A stretch of DNA of 64,000 bases from NCBI GenBank assembly GCA_965661285.1, contig CBFIDD010000004.1, forward strand, positions 32,001 to 96,000, read 5' to 3'. The notes beneath the pieces are model-generated. The model ran no database searches. It had not been told where the DNA came from and saw nothing but the letters and a program-made list of their open reading frames with translations. Source of the stretch: Poseidonia sp. Its GTDB lineage: Archaea; Thermoplasmatota; Poseidoniia; Poseidoniales; Poseidoniaceae. The translations under genes were made by a program, and so were the position numbers. Positions 39,116 through 50,055 of the stretch are shown here, piece by piece (position 1 is the first letter of the stretch; each line of letters opens with the position of its first letter).

Positions 39116-41206
39116 ATGGCAGGCACAGCAGAACGCATGGCAAAAAATCAGAAGCAAGTCGCTATTTCAGAATTTTTTGAGAAAAACAAGCACTTTCTCG
39201 GCTTTGATTCCTTAAACCGCTCGCTGATCACGGCGGTCAAAGAAGCGGTGGACAACTCCTTGGATGCGTGCGAAGAAGCACGTATTTTGCCCGAAATCAA
39301 GGTCAAAATCTCCAAGATTGACGACAAGAAGAACATCATTGAACTCCAAACTGAAGACAACGGACCCGGCATTCCAAAACGCAGCATTGAGAAGGTGTTC
39401 GGACAGTTGCTGTTCGGTTCACGTTTTCATGCCATACGACAATCTCGCGGCCAGCAAGGCATCGGTATCACGGGCGTGGTCATGTACAGCCAACTCACCA
39501 CCGGAAAGAAAACGCATGTTCGTTCAAAAATAGCCACCGAGACCTCGGCTGCCATTGTCGACATCGGGTTGGACACGCGGAAAAACAAAGCGACGAAGAG
39601 CAACGAAGGCCGTGAGCTTTGGGAAAAAGCCGATGGTACGCTCAAGGAACACGGGCTTGAAATCACCTGCCGGATGAAAGCCAAATACCAGCGCGGCCGA
39701 CAGAGCGTCTACCAGTACTTGCGCATGACGAGCATCGTCAACCCGCACGCCGACATCACCTTTGTTGACCCCGACGGCGAGGTTCACCACTGGCCTCGAG
39801 TGACCGAACGCCTGCCGAGGAAGGTTGAGAGCATCAAACCTCACCCGCACGGCATTCATCTCGGTACCCTCCAGCGCATGACCACGGAATCCACAGACAG
39901 TCGGATGACCTCGTTCCTGTACAAAAATTTCTCAGGCGTCTCATCGCGAGCGGCAAAAGAGTTGCTGGCGGCGGCTGAAATCGATGAAAAGGCCAAACCC
40001 AAATCGATGAAACCCGACCATGTCAGGTCCTTGCTCGAAGCCTTTCAAGGGGAGCGAACGCTCAAGGGAAAAGCCGTCAAGCTCCTCAATCCACCCACGA
40101 ACTGTTTGTCGCCCATCGAGGAATTGCTCATCAAGAAAGGGCTCTCGAAAACGATTGATTCTCGATTCGTCACGACCATGACCCGGTCGCCGACCGTCTC
40201 GCAGGGTAACCCCTACCAGGTTGAAGTCGGGCTGATTTTCGGCAACGGGATGCCGGCGGACAAGCCGGTCGAAATCCTCCGTTTTGCCAACCGCGTCCCG
40301 CTGATGTACCAGCAAGGCGGGTGTTTGCTCACCAAAGCCATCGAATCGGTGGATTGGCGCCAATACGGCCTCGACCAAGCCGGTGGACGTGGGGTGCCGA
40401 AGGGACCGGCTGCCATTTTGGTTCATCTTGCCAGCACCAACGTGCAATTCACCTCCGAAGCCAAGGAAGCGCTGGCCGATAACGGCGAGGTGATGGACGA
40501 GGTCCGCAAAGCCATGCTCGAGATGGGTCGAGGACTTCGTAAGCACCTTGAGAAGAAGAAAAAGATGGTCAAGGTGCAAGAAAAGTTCGAGTTGGTCAAC
40601 GACATCATTCCCGCCATTGCGGCAAAGTCGGCTGCTATTCTCAAGCGTCCCGTCCCCAACCTTGCAGGCTCCATCACCAAAATCATGGGGGCCGTCATCG
40701 CCGAAAGCACCACCACGTGGAACAAGGAAACCAAACAAACCGATGTCGCCATCACGCTGTTCAACTACACCTCGAGAGCCCGAGCATACACGTTGTTGGC
40801 CTCGTGGCCGGAACAGGAGGGCGTTGCTATGGAAAAGAACGAAACCGGTGGTCGAAAGGAAGCGACCGGCGTGTGGGCATGGAAACTCGAGACGTTGGAG
40901 CCAGGCCAAACCTACACCATCACCTATTCACTGACCGGCCTCGAAAAGGGCGATTGGACGGAAACCGATGTCTTCTACCGAGGCAGTCAGGAAGTGATCG
41001 GTGCCTCGAAGATGGACGAAAAACTGCTGGAAGAAATTCGACGTCAGGAAGCCCGAGCCCACGAAGAGGAGGAGGGTGGAGCGCCCTCCGATGACACCGA
41101 GGCTTCGAGCGCTGATGCCCCTGCTCCAGAACCACCATCGGCGGAGAACGAGGTGCCCAAAACCCCCGGGCAACAGACCCTGATGGGCTACGGGAGTGAT
41201 GCATGA
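39116..41206 (+). CDS. top6B: DNA topoisomerase VI subunit B
   Basis: EFFEKNKHFLGF, KEAVDNSLDACEE, DNGPGI, SRGQQGIGI, RFANRVPL. RBS GGAGGTGA lies upstream. Confidence 0.97.
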   Translation: MAGTAERMAKNQKQVAISEFFEKNKHFLGFDSLNRSLITAVKEAVDNSLDACEEARILPEIKVKISKIDDKKNIIELQTEDNGPGIPKRSIEKVFGQLLFGSRFHAIRQSRGQQGIGITGVVMYSQLTTGKKTHVRSKIATETSAAIVDIGLDTRKNKATKSNEGRELWEKADGTLKEHGLEITCRMKAKYQRGRQSVYQYLRMTSIVNPHADITFVDPDGEVHHWPRVTERLPRKVESIKPHPHGIHLGTLQRMTTESTDSRMTSFLYKNFSGVSSRAAKELLAAAEIDEKAKPKSMKPDHVRSLLEAFQGERTLKGKAVKLLNPPTNCLSPIEELLIKKGLSKTIDSRFVTTMTRSPTVSQGNPYQVEVGLIFGNGMPADKPVEILRFANRVPLMYQQGGCLLTKAIESVDWRQYGLDQAGGRGVPKGPAAILVHLASTNVQFTSEAKEALADNGEVMDEVRKAMLEMGRGLRKHLEKKKKMVKVQEKFELVNDIIPAIAAKSAAILKRPVPNLAGSITKIMGAVIAESTTTWNKETKQTDVAITLFNYTSRARAYTLLASWPEQEGVAMEKNETGGRKEATGVWAWKLETLEPGQTYTITYSLTGLEKGDWTETDVFYRGSQEVIGASKMDEKLLEEIRRQEARAHEEEEGGAPSDDTEASSADAPAPEPPSAENEVPKTPGQQTLMGYGSDA

Positions 41207-42303
41207 TGTCCGCGAGCCACACACCAGAAGAGACCAAGGCAGCCCTTCACGAGGTCGTGACCGAAATGTACGACAAGATCGTCAATGGCGAGGCCCCCAC
41301 GATGACCCTGCCCGTTCGCACCAAGAACAACATTGGATTTGATGACAAATTGGGCGTCTACAAATATGGAAAGAAGCGTTCTGTCCGAGACGCTACGAGT
41401 CTGGGCTCGGCCAAACAATTGTTGCGAGCGCTCCACGTCGTTGAGTTCATCGAAGAGATGATCGACGCCGGAAAATCATCAACCCTGAGAGAAATGTACT
41501 ACATTTCGGAGAGTTGGGGGCTCGGGAAATTCTCCTCCCAAAACGAGAGCAATAACCTCGCTGAGGACCTTGAAGTGGTCACCAAGTGCCTGCGCGAGGA
41601 CTTCAAACTCCGACCGGAGGAAGACGGTGCGCGCATGATTGGCAACCTGACGCTCCGCGAGCGCAATCGACGCGGCGAATGGATGCGCATCAACGCCAGG
41701 GACGACGTCGGTGATTCTGGCTACGGCGTGCCGTACAACGTGGAAGAGGAAAAAATTGAGTTGCTTGAACACGACATCAATTTCATCATGGCCATCGAAA
41801 CCGGTGGTATGTTTGACCGACTCATCGAAAATGGATTTGACGAGGCGTACAAGTGCGGTTTGGTTCACCTGAAAGGTCAACCTGCGCGCTCTACACGGCG
41901 TATCCTGAAGCGAATGAGCGAGGAATGGGATTTGCCCGTCGTGGTCTTCCTCGACGGCGACCCGTGGTCGTTCCGTATCTTCGCTTCCATCGCCTACGGC
42001 GCCATCAAGACAGCGCACATTTCCGAATATTTGGCCACGCCTTCTGCGACGTACCTCGGCATCACCGCCGATGATATCGAAGCGTATGATTTGCCAAGCG
42101 ATGACCTGTCGCCCAGAGATATTGATGCATTGAAGGCTGAACTCTCCGACCCGAGATTTGCCGACGGTTGGTGGCAAGACCAGATCAACATGATGCTTGA
42201 ACTTGGCAAGAAGGCTGAGCAACAGTCGCTGGCCAAGTACGGTCTTGATTTCGTAACCGACACGTACCTGCCGGAAAAACTGGCTGAGCTGGGTCTTGCA
42301 TGA
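41203..42303 (+). CDS. top6A: DNA topoisomerase VI subunit A
   Basis: TLREMYY (catalytic Tyr), IETGG, KGQP, DGDPW, KAEQQ. Confidence 0.97.
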   Translation: MMSASHTPEETKAALHEVVTEMYDKIVNGEAPTMTLPVRTKNNIGFDDKLGVYKYGKKRSVRDATSLGSAKQLLRALHVVEFIEEMIDAGKSSTLREMYYISESWGLGKFSSQNESNNLAEDLEVVTKCLREDFKLRPEEDGARMIGNLTLRERNRRGEWMRINARDDVGDSGYGVPYNVEEEKIELLEHDINFIMAIETGGMFDRLIENGFDEAYKCGLVHLKGQPARSTRRILKRMSEEWDLPVVVFLDGDPWSFRIFASIAYGAIKTAHISEYLATPSATYLGITADDIEAYDLPSDDLSPRDIDALKAELSDPRFADGWWQDQINMMLELGKKAEQQSLAKYGLDFVTDTYLPEKLAELGLA

Positions 42304-42345
42304 CCGCATCAGCGAGCCTTATGGAGGAAGAGGGTCTGGAAGACC

Positions 42346-43389
42346 ATGATGCAAGCACCTGAGCCTGCCAAGCGCTCGCCTTGGGCGCTACGCCTCGCCA
42401 TCGCTGGCGGCGTCATGCTGTTGCTCGGGGGCATCTTGATGCAGAGTCAGGCCTCCACCATCGGTTCCGTGATGGACCCCCGTGAACAGTATCAGGGCGC
42501 CTACACGGGCGAAGGCACGCACCGCACGGGTGTTTTGGAAGACACATGCTACAGGTTCTATCAGGAAGAGGATGACGCCGTTATGGCCGTTCAATTGTAT
42601 CGTGTAGAAGGCGACACGATGGTCGGGGAAGCCCTTGGGGAGAACACCTGCATGCTCGACTGGCAACCCATGACCATCGACGGCGCTGTTATGGTGGAAC
42701 GTGCGTCGTGGACGCTCAACGCGTCCGGAGATTTTGCTGTGGTCTCTACCTGCGATAAAGACTGCACGGAGACCACCGGCTGGTTTGTCTCGGTTGACGA
42801 AATGCCCGAGAACTTGATGCAGTCAACGCCCCTCTTGTTTGGTGGCGCCATGTGCTGCTTGGGTGTGCTCACCACCCCCATCGCCCTCATCGTGTATTTT
42901 TCCTCAAAACCGAGCCGCAGTCCTCGCGTGATGATGGTCGGCGAAGACGGACGTCTCGTACCACTCACGGACGTGCATCCAGACCACCCCACGCTGTTTG
43001 AACAAAAAGAAGCGGCTTCGCCATCGCAACCCTCGGTAGCACCGCCCTTTGCGGACACAGCAGAACACCAGCCCTCTGAGGATTTCGTTGACGGGTTGAG
43101 CGATGTCGCAGCAGGCAATCTCCTCACCACCGAGCAAGTCTATGCGCTGATGCGTGGGGATGTGGAAGGGGCACAGGAACACGCCAAGACGGGGCGTTAC
43201 CAAACAACCACCGCCGAGGAAGCCATCCAAGATGCAGCCAATGCGGCAGCCATCGCTTCATGGGATGAAGGGGTCACGCTGGCCGAGCCTCGAGCCGTTG
43301 AACGGAAACCCACCTCCCCCGTGCGAGCATCGAAGCCAACGGAAGCGGCAAATTCCACCAACGCATGGAAAGATTGGGACGAACAGTGA
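42346..43389 (+). CDS. Hypothetical membrane protein
   Basis: Two TM helices enclosing a Cys-containing extracellular domain, with a disordered C-terminus. Confidence 0.65.
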   Translation: MMQAPEPAKRSPWALRLAIAGGVMLLLGGILMQSQASTIGSVMDPREQYQGAYTGEGTHRTGVLEDTCYRFYQEEDDAVMAVQLYRVEGDTMVGEALGENTCMLDWQPMTIDGAVMVERASWTLNASGDFAVVSTCDKDCTETTGWFVSVDEMPENLMQSTPLLFGGAMCCLGVLTTPIALIVYFSSKPSRSPRVMMVGEDGRLVPLTDVHPDHPTLFEQKEAASPSQPSVAPPFADTAEHQPSEDFVDGLSDVAAGNLLTTEQVYALMRGDVEGAQEHAKTGRYQTTTAEEAIQDAANAAAIASWDEGVTLAEPRAVERKPTSPVRASKPTEAANSTNAWKDWDEQ

Positions 43390-43443
43390 GCGAACGGTGC
43401 GTTCATAGAGGAGGGGGCACTACCCAACCTCGGGTTGAGAAGT

Positions 43444-44190
43444 ATGACCGACCTCGATCGAGCCCTGTACCTCTTGCAGAACAAAATCAGAAGACAAATT
43501 CTCGAGCGTTTAGCGCGGGAACCTCACTATCCAATGCAGTTGGCAGAACTGATCGGTGTGAGCCAGCCTGCCGTGGTCAAGCACCTCAAAGAATTAGAAA
43601 AGGGTGGTATGGTCTCCAAGAACAAAGTACCCTCGCAAAAAGGTGGACCGCCTCGAACGATCTACGCCGTGGAGCGTGCCATGTCGATTCAAGTCGATAT
43701 CGGGCCGGATTTGTTCCGATGTGAGGAGCGAAAGCTTCCCGCAGGAGGTCCAATGCGCCTCTCGACCAACCTTCCCCCTGCATCCATGGCGGTGGCCGAA
43801 TCGCTGAGTGGACGAAAGAAAATCGCCGTTGCCGAAGGTTTGTCGCACATGCGAACGCTTGCGTCGGTCTTGGAAGAATTGGACGCCCAGCGCGATGCCC
43901 TCATTTCACTCCATCAACACGTGCGACAGCGCGTCTCCGCTGCGGTTGAAACAGACTTCGAATCCTATGAAGACCGAAGCATCATCCAAACGATGGTGGA
44001 AGCGACCGGGAGCAGGGTCGACCTCACGACGCTGGTGCAGCAAGAAATCGCAGGCAACCCCAACGTGGGCGAAGTCATCACCGCCCTGCGTTCTCGACTT
44101 GAGAAGCAGATCGCTCGAAGGTCCGGCCAGGTCATCGCTGCGCCGTTGGACACAGAGCTTCGCTGGTACCTCGGGCCGGGGCCCAAGTGA
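43444..44190 (+). CDS. ArsR-family HTH transcriptional regulator (archaeal type with coiled coil)
   Basis: LQNKIRRQILERL, YPMQLA, VSQPAVVKHLKELE, GPPRTIY. Confidence 0.88.
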   Translation: MTDLDRALYLLQNKIRRQILERLAREPHYPMQLAELIGVSQPAVVKHLKELEKGGMVSKNKVPSQKGGPPRTIYAVERAMSIQVDIGPDLFRCEERKLPAGGPMRLSTNLPPASMAVAESLSGRKKIAVAEGLSHMRTLASVLEELDAQRDALISLHQHVRQRVSAAVETDFESYEDRSIIQTMVEATGSRVDLTTLVQQEIAGNPNVGEVITALRSRLEKQIARRSGQVIAAPLDTELRWYLGPGPK

Positions 44191-44208
44191 AACCGCAACT
44201 CAGTTGGC

Positions 44209-47200
44209 TCAATCGTTGGCTTCGTCAGCCAGCACAGAAACAAGTGAGGATTGCTCAGCAAGCCGCTTGTTGACCTCATCGCGTCGTCCCTTGCCAACCA
44301 GGTAAACCACGCCAAGGAGCGCGATGGTCAGCACGATAACGGCAAAGGGCAGAGCGGTCTTTCCAACCACTTCTCTGGCCAGGTCGAGCACGGGGCTGTT
44401 GGAGGCAAGCTCTTCGGGAATCGGTCGGACATTGTCCTTCTCATCGGATTCCACGATCTCGTTCATCGGGTCGACAACCACGTAGACGCCCTTGCTACCT
44501 GCCGTGACAGGGTAGAGCAAGTAGAGTTCAATCTCCTTCGCATCCTCCGTGTCGTCCGGTGCCAGCAAGGCGCCGACCACTTGTCGCATGACCACGCGCT
44601 CTTCTTCGCAGCCGTTGTCGCGAATCTCCTTCGTGATGTCCGCATCGTTGGCGACGTCGTACTCGCAGAGAACGATCTCGATGTCCGTTGCGTGGACGTT
44701 ACCGGTGTTCTGCAAGATGATGCCAATAGGGATGGTGGAGTCCACTTCGCTGGAGGTGGACGGTGGCATGATGATCTCCTTGATTTCGAGGTTTGGTGCT
44801 CGTAGTCGGAGCGTGACGATGAACTCGTTGGTGTCGTAGTTATCGCCATCCCACTCTGGAGAATCGTCGTGGTCACCGTCGTTTTCCATATCTCCGTACA
44901 TGGACACGACCTTCAGCCCGATGCTTCGGGTGTCGAGTTTCGCATCGGTACCGATCTTGACCGCAGCAACGGTGATGATGGTTTCGTAAGGCGCCATTTC
45001 TGGAAGGCGCCATTCGTCAATGTCCTCAAGGTAGACACAGGCATCTTCTGGGAACGAGGAAGCGGTGGATTGCATGTTCATGCACGCCTCTTCAATGACG
45101 AGGTCTGCGCTTACCTGGCGCATGATGAACCAGTCGACATCCCACGAGCTGAGCACGTTCATGCCGGGCAACTCGTTCCACAGAAGCGAATCACCGTCTC
45201 GCTGAGCGGTGTGGTTGTTCAAGGTCGGAACATCAGGCACGTTGCCGTTGTTGGTGACGTTGAAGGTAAAGCGAACGATCTTACCCGGAGCTGATGTCTT
45301 CACGGCGTTGTCAACGGTTGGGTCCATCGAGATTTGCATGTCGTGGAATTCGTCAACGGTGACGGAGAGGACAATGGTGTCGCGGATTCGTGTTTCTCGA
45401 CCGTTGGCATCCGGGTAAACCTCCTCGGAGAAGGCCTGCATCACCACGGTATACTCGCCAGCAGGGACACGGTTGGGGACGTTCATGGTGACATCAAACG
45501 CCTGATAGGTGTCGGGAGAGAGTTCCTGCAAGGTTTCTCGTGGAATTTCGATGTCCCAAATCACATCGACACCGAACGCGTCCGTGACACGAGCGAGGCG
45601 GAAGTCGAAGCGGTCAGGGCCGTTTCCGTCGTTGGTGACCGTGATCGGCAGCGTGATTTGCTGGCCTGGATTCACGTTCATCGAGGTCCCAACCTCGGGG
45701 TCAATGCCCGCATCGAGGTCAAAGACATGCTCAACATTGGTGGACAAAATGGCCGAGTCAGAGATCCGTGGATAGCCATCGAGATACCCCTTCAGCGTAA
45801 TGGCTGGCCCAAGGCCTGCGGTTGCATTTCTTGGGGCACAGACGTGAACGGTCACCCGCTTGGTGATCTTCTCAGCAGAGCCTGGAATCGTCCAAGCGAT
45901 GGGGTCGCCAAGGCCGTCGCCAGCATCGGCTGAACCTGTTGCGTTGGCAAAGTCGACCATGACCAACCAGTTTTCTTCTCGCCATGCATCCATGGCGATG
46001 CCGTCTGGCTTTGCTTCAGGAGCACCGGGTGTGGCGAACACCAATTCACCCGAATCGAAGTTCTTGGTGACGTTGATGTTGTAGGAGGCACATTCACCTG
46101 GCTTGACCTGGTCGGAACGGTCATCAACAGCGAACACGATGTTGCCGGTTGACCGAATGGAGACGAACACACCGAGTTCGAGGATGTCGTAGGTTCCCTT
46201 CTCCACGGACTTAATCGGCTCACCTTCGGACCAACCCTTCACGTAAATCACGAACGCACCAGGGTCTTCAGAGGTTGGAACAAAGACCTCGAGGTTCTTG
46301 GTTACCGACTGACCGGGGTCCAGTTCCACCCGAATCGGGAAGTTCACCTGCCAGCCGAACGGCAGCAACCATTCTTGCTGACCCTCAAGGCTGTTGGGGT
46401 CCCAGAAGACGAACGCATCGTGCACGTTTCCGGTGTTGGTGATGGTGATGGAGAAAATGGCGGTGTCGCCCTGTTCAATATCGGCCATGCTGTGAGAGGT
46501 ATCGAGATTGATGCCGTGAACGACGTCCATCAGCGTGAGCGTGATGATATCGTTCTGAATGGCTGGGTCCTTGTAAGACTGCGCTGTGACCCGAATCTCA
46601 GCCAGTTCGTCGCCGTTGGCCTGGTAAATGGATGGTGCTTGGACTCGCATGTAAAAGCGGATGTCTTCGCCACCCTCAAGGAAAATCGGGGTGTCTGGGA
46701 AAATGCTCGAGTGGTTCGAGGCGAAGTAGAGGTTCGCCGTCCAGTTCATTGGCACTCCGGAGATGTTCAGGCCATAGGTGTCAGCGACCAGGTCCTTTGG
46801 ACCGGGTGTTGAGTTGTTCATCGTCATGTTGTAGATGGTCTGCTGCCCAGGCTCAATCACGTGGTAGAACGTCTCGCCTTCGTCAAATTCAACGTCGACT
46901 TGGCCGGTCAAAACGTGTGAATAGCAAATGGTGAATCGGTTGTTGTTACCCTCATCCCCGCAGGTGTTGGTATCCGACCATGCAATGTGGGCACCGCTTC
47001 CCAAATCGTTGGAGAAAGCCGGTGGCATACCGATGGCCGGTTGACGCCCGCTATTTGGTCCCAATTTATTGGAATTCCACGACGTTACGGCAACCGCATC
47101 CCACGGGTCAAGGGCCGTCAAACCGTCTCCGGTGAGATCGGTTTGATTGAGTCGGGTGTAGAGGACTTCCTCGGTCGCAGAAAGATTTCCTGAGTCAACC

Positions 47201-49239
47201 CACGCGATGTGGACGTTGTTCTGGTCGTCGGTCAGCAGCGATGGGAACACGGAGTTTCCGGCGTAGGGTGAAGCGGGTGGGAGGCCGCCGTTGCCTTCGA
47301 CGTTGGAAATGGGGGTGTCGTTGATCCTCTTGATGGCATAGGTGGAGAGGCCTTCCTCTGCACCGTCCCATGCACCTGCGCCTTGGAGGCGAAGTTTGGT
47401 GTAGTAAACCTCGTAGTTCACGTCCTTTTCGAATCCGTAATCACGGCCGTCCATCCAAGCGATGTGCGTGTTCCCCTGTTGGTCAACGCCGATGGATGGG
47501 TGGAACGAGTAAGCGTCGTCAATGGTGACGCGGGTATCGTTGACAACCACCAAGTGGCCGTCTGCACCTGCACCGGTGTCTTCGGTGTAACCGCCGCCCT
47601 GCGAGGAGTGGCCTGGCAGACCGGGCGTGAAGCTGGGGTCGTTGTTCATCTTGGCATACGGGTCGAGGACGGACATGTAGATCTCGCGAGAGTTATTGGT
47701 CGAAATGTAAACCATCGCTTCGACGAGAAGGGCCATTTGGTTGGTACCGGAGCCGGACGGGAATTCGTAGGCTTGACCACCAGCATCGGTGTTAGCGAGC
47801 GTGTTTCCGGGACAGTTTCGGGTTTGTGTTGAAACGATGCCGTTGGGACACTGGACGAGGTCCATGAAGTGAGACTGGATGTTTCCAGCACCGCCGTAGC
47901 CTTGGCCGTAAAGACCGACAGGAACCACGCCGGCCAACAAACAGTTGTCGTGCGCTTCTTGGATGGCTGCTTTGTCATCGGCTTGTTGGGATGGGTCGCC
48001 GTCCTTGGGGCCTTCGTCGGAAACGGGGATGACGATCTTGGTCGCGTTGGGGTTCCATCGGTGGTCCGATTGTGTCGGCGGGTTGCCCGGGACGTTTCCG
48101 GCTGAGTCCTTCCAAGAGAGGCAAGCCCAGTTCGAACCTGGGCCCCAGTCTTCACCTGAGTATCCTGAATAGGTGTTGCCGTTGTAAATGGTACCGGGGA
48201 GTTTTCGAATACCGCCGGAATCATCGCCGGGCGTTTGTCCAAGCGGCGTCGTTCGTGGGCCTGCGTTCTGGTTGTAGCCCTGACAGTTTCCAGAGCTGGC
48301 TGCACCGGGGAGGGTGTTGCCCAAACCGTAGATGGTTTCGTAAACGGTCATGTTGCCTTCTTCCAGCATGGGTTTGATGCCTTGGAAGTAAGGGCCAGAT
48401 GCAAAGTTGCCGCCGTAGATGACGGTGCAGATGTCGGCCCACTCTGAATACATGGAACCGGAGGTGTCGACGATGAACGCCAACTCAACCTTACCACCGC
48501 GGGTGTCATCCCATGCAACTTGAACGTAGTCGTTGGCGTCAACCACAACGTCGGGATGTCCTTTGTGGCCGATGATGGGGGTCAGCAGCGTGTCGTCGAA
48601 GAGGGTCACCACAGCGCCCGAGCCAATGTCGGGCTGAATCATGGAGTAGTAGATTTGTGGCTGGTTGAAGAAGCGGCCAAGTTCGTCGTAATTGTCTTGC
48701 CATACGATGTGAACGTTGTTTTGGCTGTCGATGTCGAGAGCAGGCCAATCTCGGTTTTGAGAGCGGCGTGAAATGATGGTGTCGTCAATGGCCGTGATGG
48801 TGCCGTCATCGGAGGCCATGCCGTCCATTGGTGCGGCCCAAGGAGAGAGTGCTGTGTACATGATGGCGTGCTGGCCGGCTTTGTCGGCCCAAACGACGTG
48901 AATACGGTCGTACTCGTCGACGGCGAGATCGGGATGCCAAATCTTGTGAAGCCCTGAATTGGTGATTTGGGTGGCATCGATGAGTGTTTCTCCGCGGGGT
49001 GAAATCATCGAATAGTAGAGGTGAAGGTTGTTACGGGTCCAAACGATGTGAACATTGCCTGAACTGTCCGAGCCCACCGCTGCTTGTTGGTCAGAGGATG
49101 TTCCCCCGTCCACGATCTGGATGGCTTCGGTGATGACCACCGTGCTGGCGCTCACCGAAACGGAGGCAATCAAAAGAGACGACATCACGGAAAGGACCAT
49201 GATTGAGGCAAGACTGACGGATTTGATTTTTTGACTCAT
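44209..49239 (-). CDS. Giant cell-surface protein: propeller-like repeats, vWA domain, Ig-like/NEW3 repeats, CARDB, C-terminal TM
   Basis: Signal peptide, repeated D-x-x-x-x-(V/I/T)H(I/V)-x-W units, MIDAS IVDTSGSM...SDE, repeated (T/V)N-x-GN-x-x-D units, VVDPMNEIVE (CARDB), TM anchor. Confidence 0.82.
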   Translation of the reverse strand: MSQKIKSVSLASIMVLSVMSSLLIASVSVSASTVVITEAIQIVDGGTSSDQQAAVGSDSSGNVHIVWTRNNLHLYYSMISPRGETLIDATQITNSGLHKIWHPDLAVDEYDRIHVVWADKAGQHAIMYTALSPWAAPMDGMASDDGTITAIDDTIISRRSQNRDWPALDIDSQNNVHIVWQDNYDELGRFFNQPQIYYSMIQPDIGSGAVVTLFDDTLLTPIIGHKGHPDVVVDANDYVQVAWDDTRGGKVELAFIVDTSGSMYSEWADICTVIYGGNFASGPYFQGIKPMLEEGNMTVYETIYGLGNTLPGAASSGNCQGYNQNAGPRTTPLGQTPGDDSGGIRKLPGTIYNGNTYSGYSGEDWGPGSNWACLSWKDSAGNVPGNPPTQSDHRWNPNATKIVIPVSDEGPKDGDPSQQADDKAAIQEAHDNCLLAGVVPVGLYGQGYGGAGNIQSHFMDLVQCPNGIVSTQTRNCPGNTLANTDAGGQAYEFPSGSGTNQMALLVEAMVYISTNNSREIYMSVLDPYAKMNNDPSFTPGLPGHSSQGGGYTEDTGAGADGHLVVVNDTRVTIDDAYSFHPSIGVDQQGNTHIAWMDGRDYGFEKDVNYEVYYTKLRLQGAGAWDGAEEGLSTYAIKRINDTPISNVEGNGGLPPASPYAGNSVFPSLLTDDQNNVHIAWVDSGNLSATEEVLYTRLNQTDLTGDGLTALDPWDAVAVTSWNSNKLGPNSGRQPAIGMPPAFSNDLGSGAHIAWSDTNTCGDEGNNNRFTICYSHVLTGQVDVEFDEGETFYHVIEPGQQTIYNMTMNNSTPGPKDLVADTYGLNISGVPMNWTANLYFASNHSSIFPDTPIFLEGGEDIRFYMRVQAPSIYQANGDELAEIRVTAQSYKDPAIQNDIITLTLMDVVHGINLDTSHSMADIEQGDTAIFSITITNTGNVHDAFVFWDPNSLEGQQEWLLPFGWQVNFPIRVELDPGQSVTKNLEVFVPTSEDPGAFVIYVKGWSEGEPIKSVEKGTYDILELGVFVSIRSTGNIVFAVDDRSDQVKPGECASYNINVTKNFDSGELVFATPGAPEAKPDGIAMDAWREENWLVMVDFANATGSADAGDGLGDPIAWTIPGSAEKITKRVTVHVCAPRNATAGLGPAITLKGYLDGYPRISDSAILSTNVEHVFDLDAGIDPEVGTSMNVNPGQQITLPITVTNDGNGPDRFDFRLARVTDAFGVDVIWDIEIPRETLQELSPDTYQAFDVTMNVPNRVPAGEYTVVMQAFSEEVYPDANGRETRIRDTIVLSVTVDEFHDMQISMDPTVDNAVKTSAPGKIVRFTFNVTNNGNVPDVPTLNNHTAQRDGDSLLWNELPGMNVLSSWDVDWFIMRQVSADLVIEEACMNMQSTASSFPEDACVYLEDIDEWRLPEMAPYETIITVAAVKIGTDAKLDTRSIGLKVVSMYGDMENDGDHDDSPEWDGDNYDTNEFIVTLRLRAPNLEIKEIIMPPSTSSEVDSTIPIGIILQNTGNVHATDIEIVLCEYDVANDADITKEIRDNGCEEERVVMRQVVGALLAPDDTEDAKEIELYLLYPVTAGSKGVYVVVDPMNEIVESDEKDNVRPIPEELASNSPVLDLAREVVGKTALPFAVIVLTIALLGVVYLVGKGRRDEVNKRLAEQSSLVSVLADEAND

Positions 49240-49377
49240 AGGTATACCCCGGACTTCAACACTTTTTCGTGTCTCTAATCATACTTAACCGCGTCCCCTA
49301 TCGGTCATGTTTTCTCTCGTGCCGCGCTTCACCCACGCGTGCCGAGCGAACGAAGGTTTTCGGCCCAAAATGAAAGA

Positions 49378-50055
49378 TTAGGCCCATTCGGAGGGATCGA
49401 ACCCTGAACCAAAGGACATCTTCTCGTCAAACTCGATTTCCGCCGTTGGCCGAGGCTCCTCTGCCGCCTGCTGGCCGTCGTTCATCGGCTTTGATTTCGC
49501 CCAGTCGTCCACAGGACCGGGTTTGCCAACACCGGGGCCGTAGGAGTACTTGATTTCGTGAATCAATGCGAGTTTCGCAAGCCACAATCGGCGCAAACTG
49601 TTCATGAACTCGTGCTTGGTAAGGCCGTCAAACCAAATGGGCAAACTCACATTGAACGCCTGAAGCGGTCCGGGTTTCTTTTCGCCGTCATGGCCCATGT
49701 GAATCACCCAGTCCACGCCGGTTCGAATCAAGTGAAGACGGCTCTCGTGAATCCACTCCGACCAATCGCTGTCTTTGTCGTCCATGTGGTCTTTCATTTC
49801 CTTCTGCTGACCTTCATCGACCCTTGTCATGCTCGAAACAGCCACCAAATCCCGTCCCTTTGGAACGACGATGGCGAACATGTGCCCTTGCTTCCCGCTT
49901 GGGTAGCGGACGAGGAAATGTGCGTGCGCTCGTGGGTCCTTTTGCGCCTTCGCTTGAAGGCGTTCTTCGGTGAGCCATTGCTTGAGAACATTAACGGTCT
50001 CATCGGGCGTCATGTTGCCTTCCAATTCCTCATCCCGTTTGAATGCACCCTTCAC
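49378..50055 (-). CDS. Conserved archaeal protein (DUF2299-like)
   Basis: QWLTEE and IWFDGLTKHEFMNSL pattern. Confidence 0.6.
   Translation of the reverse strand: MKGAFKRDEELEGNMTPDETVNVLKQWLTEERLQAKAQKDPRAHAHFLVRYPSGKQGHMFAIVVPKGRDLVAVSSMTRVDEGQQKEMKDHMDDKDSDWSEWIHESRLHLIRTGVDWVIHMGHDGEKKPGPLQAFNVSLPIWFDGLTKHEFMNSLRRLWLAKLALIHEIKYSYGPGVGKPGPVDDWAKSKPMNDGQQAAEEPRPTAEIEFDEKMSFGSGFDPSEWA

Noticed and set aside
40690-41206. C-terminal extension of Top6B as a novel fusion
   Set aside because: C-terminal Ig-like domains and acidic tails are known in euryarchaeal Top6B.
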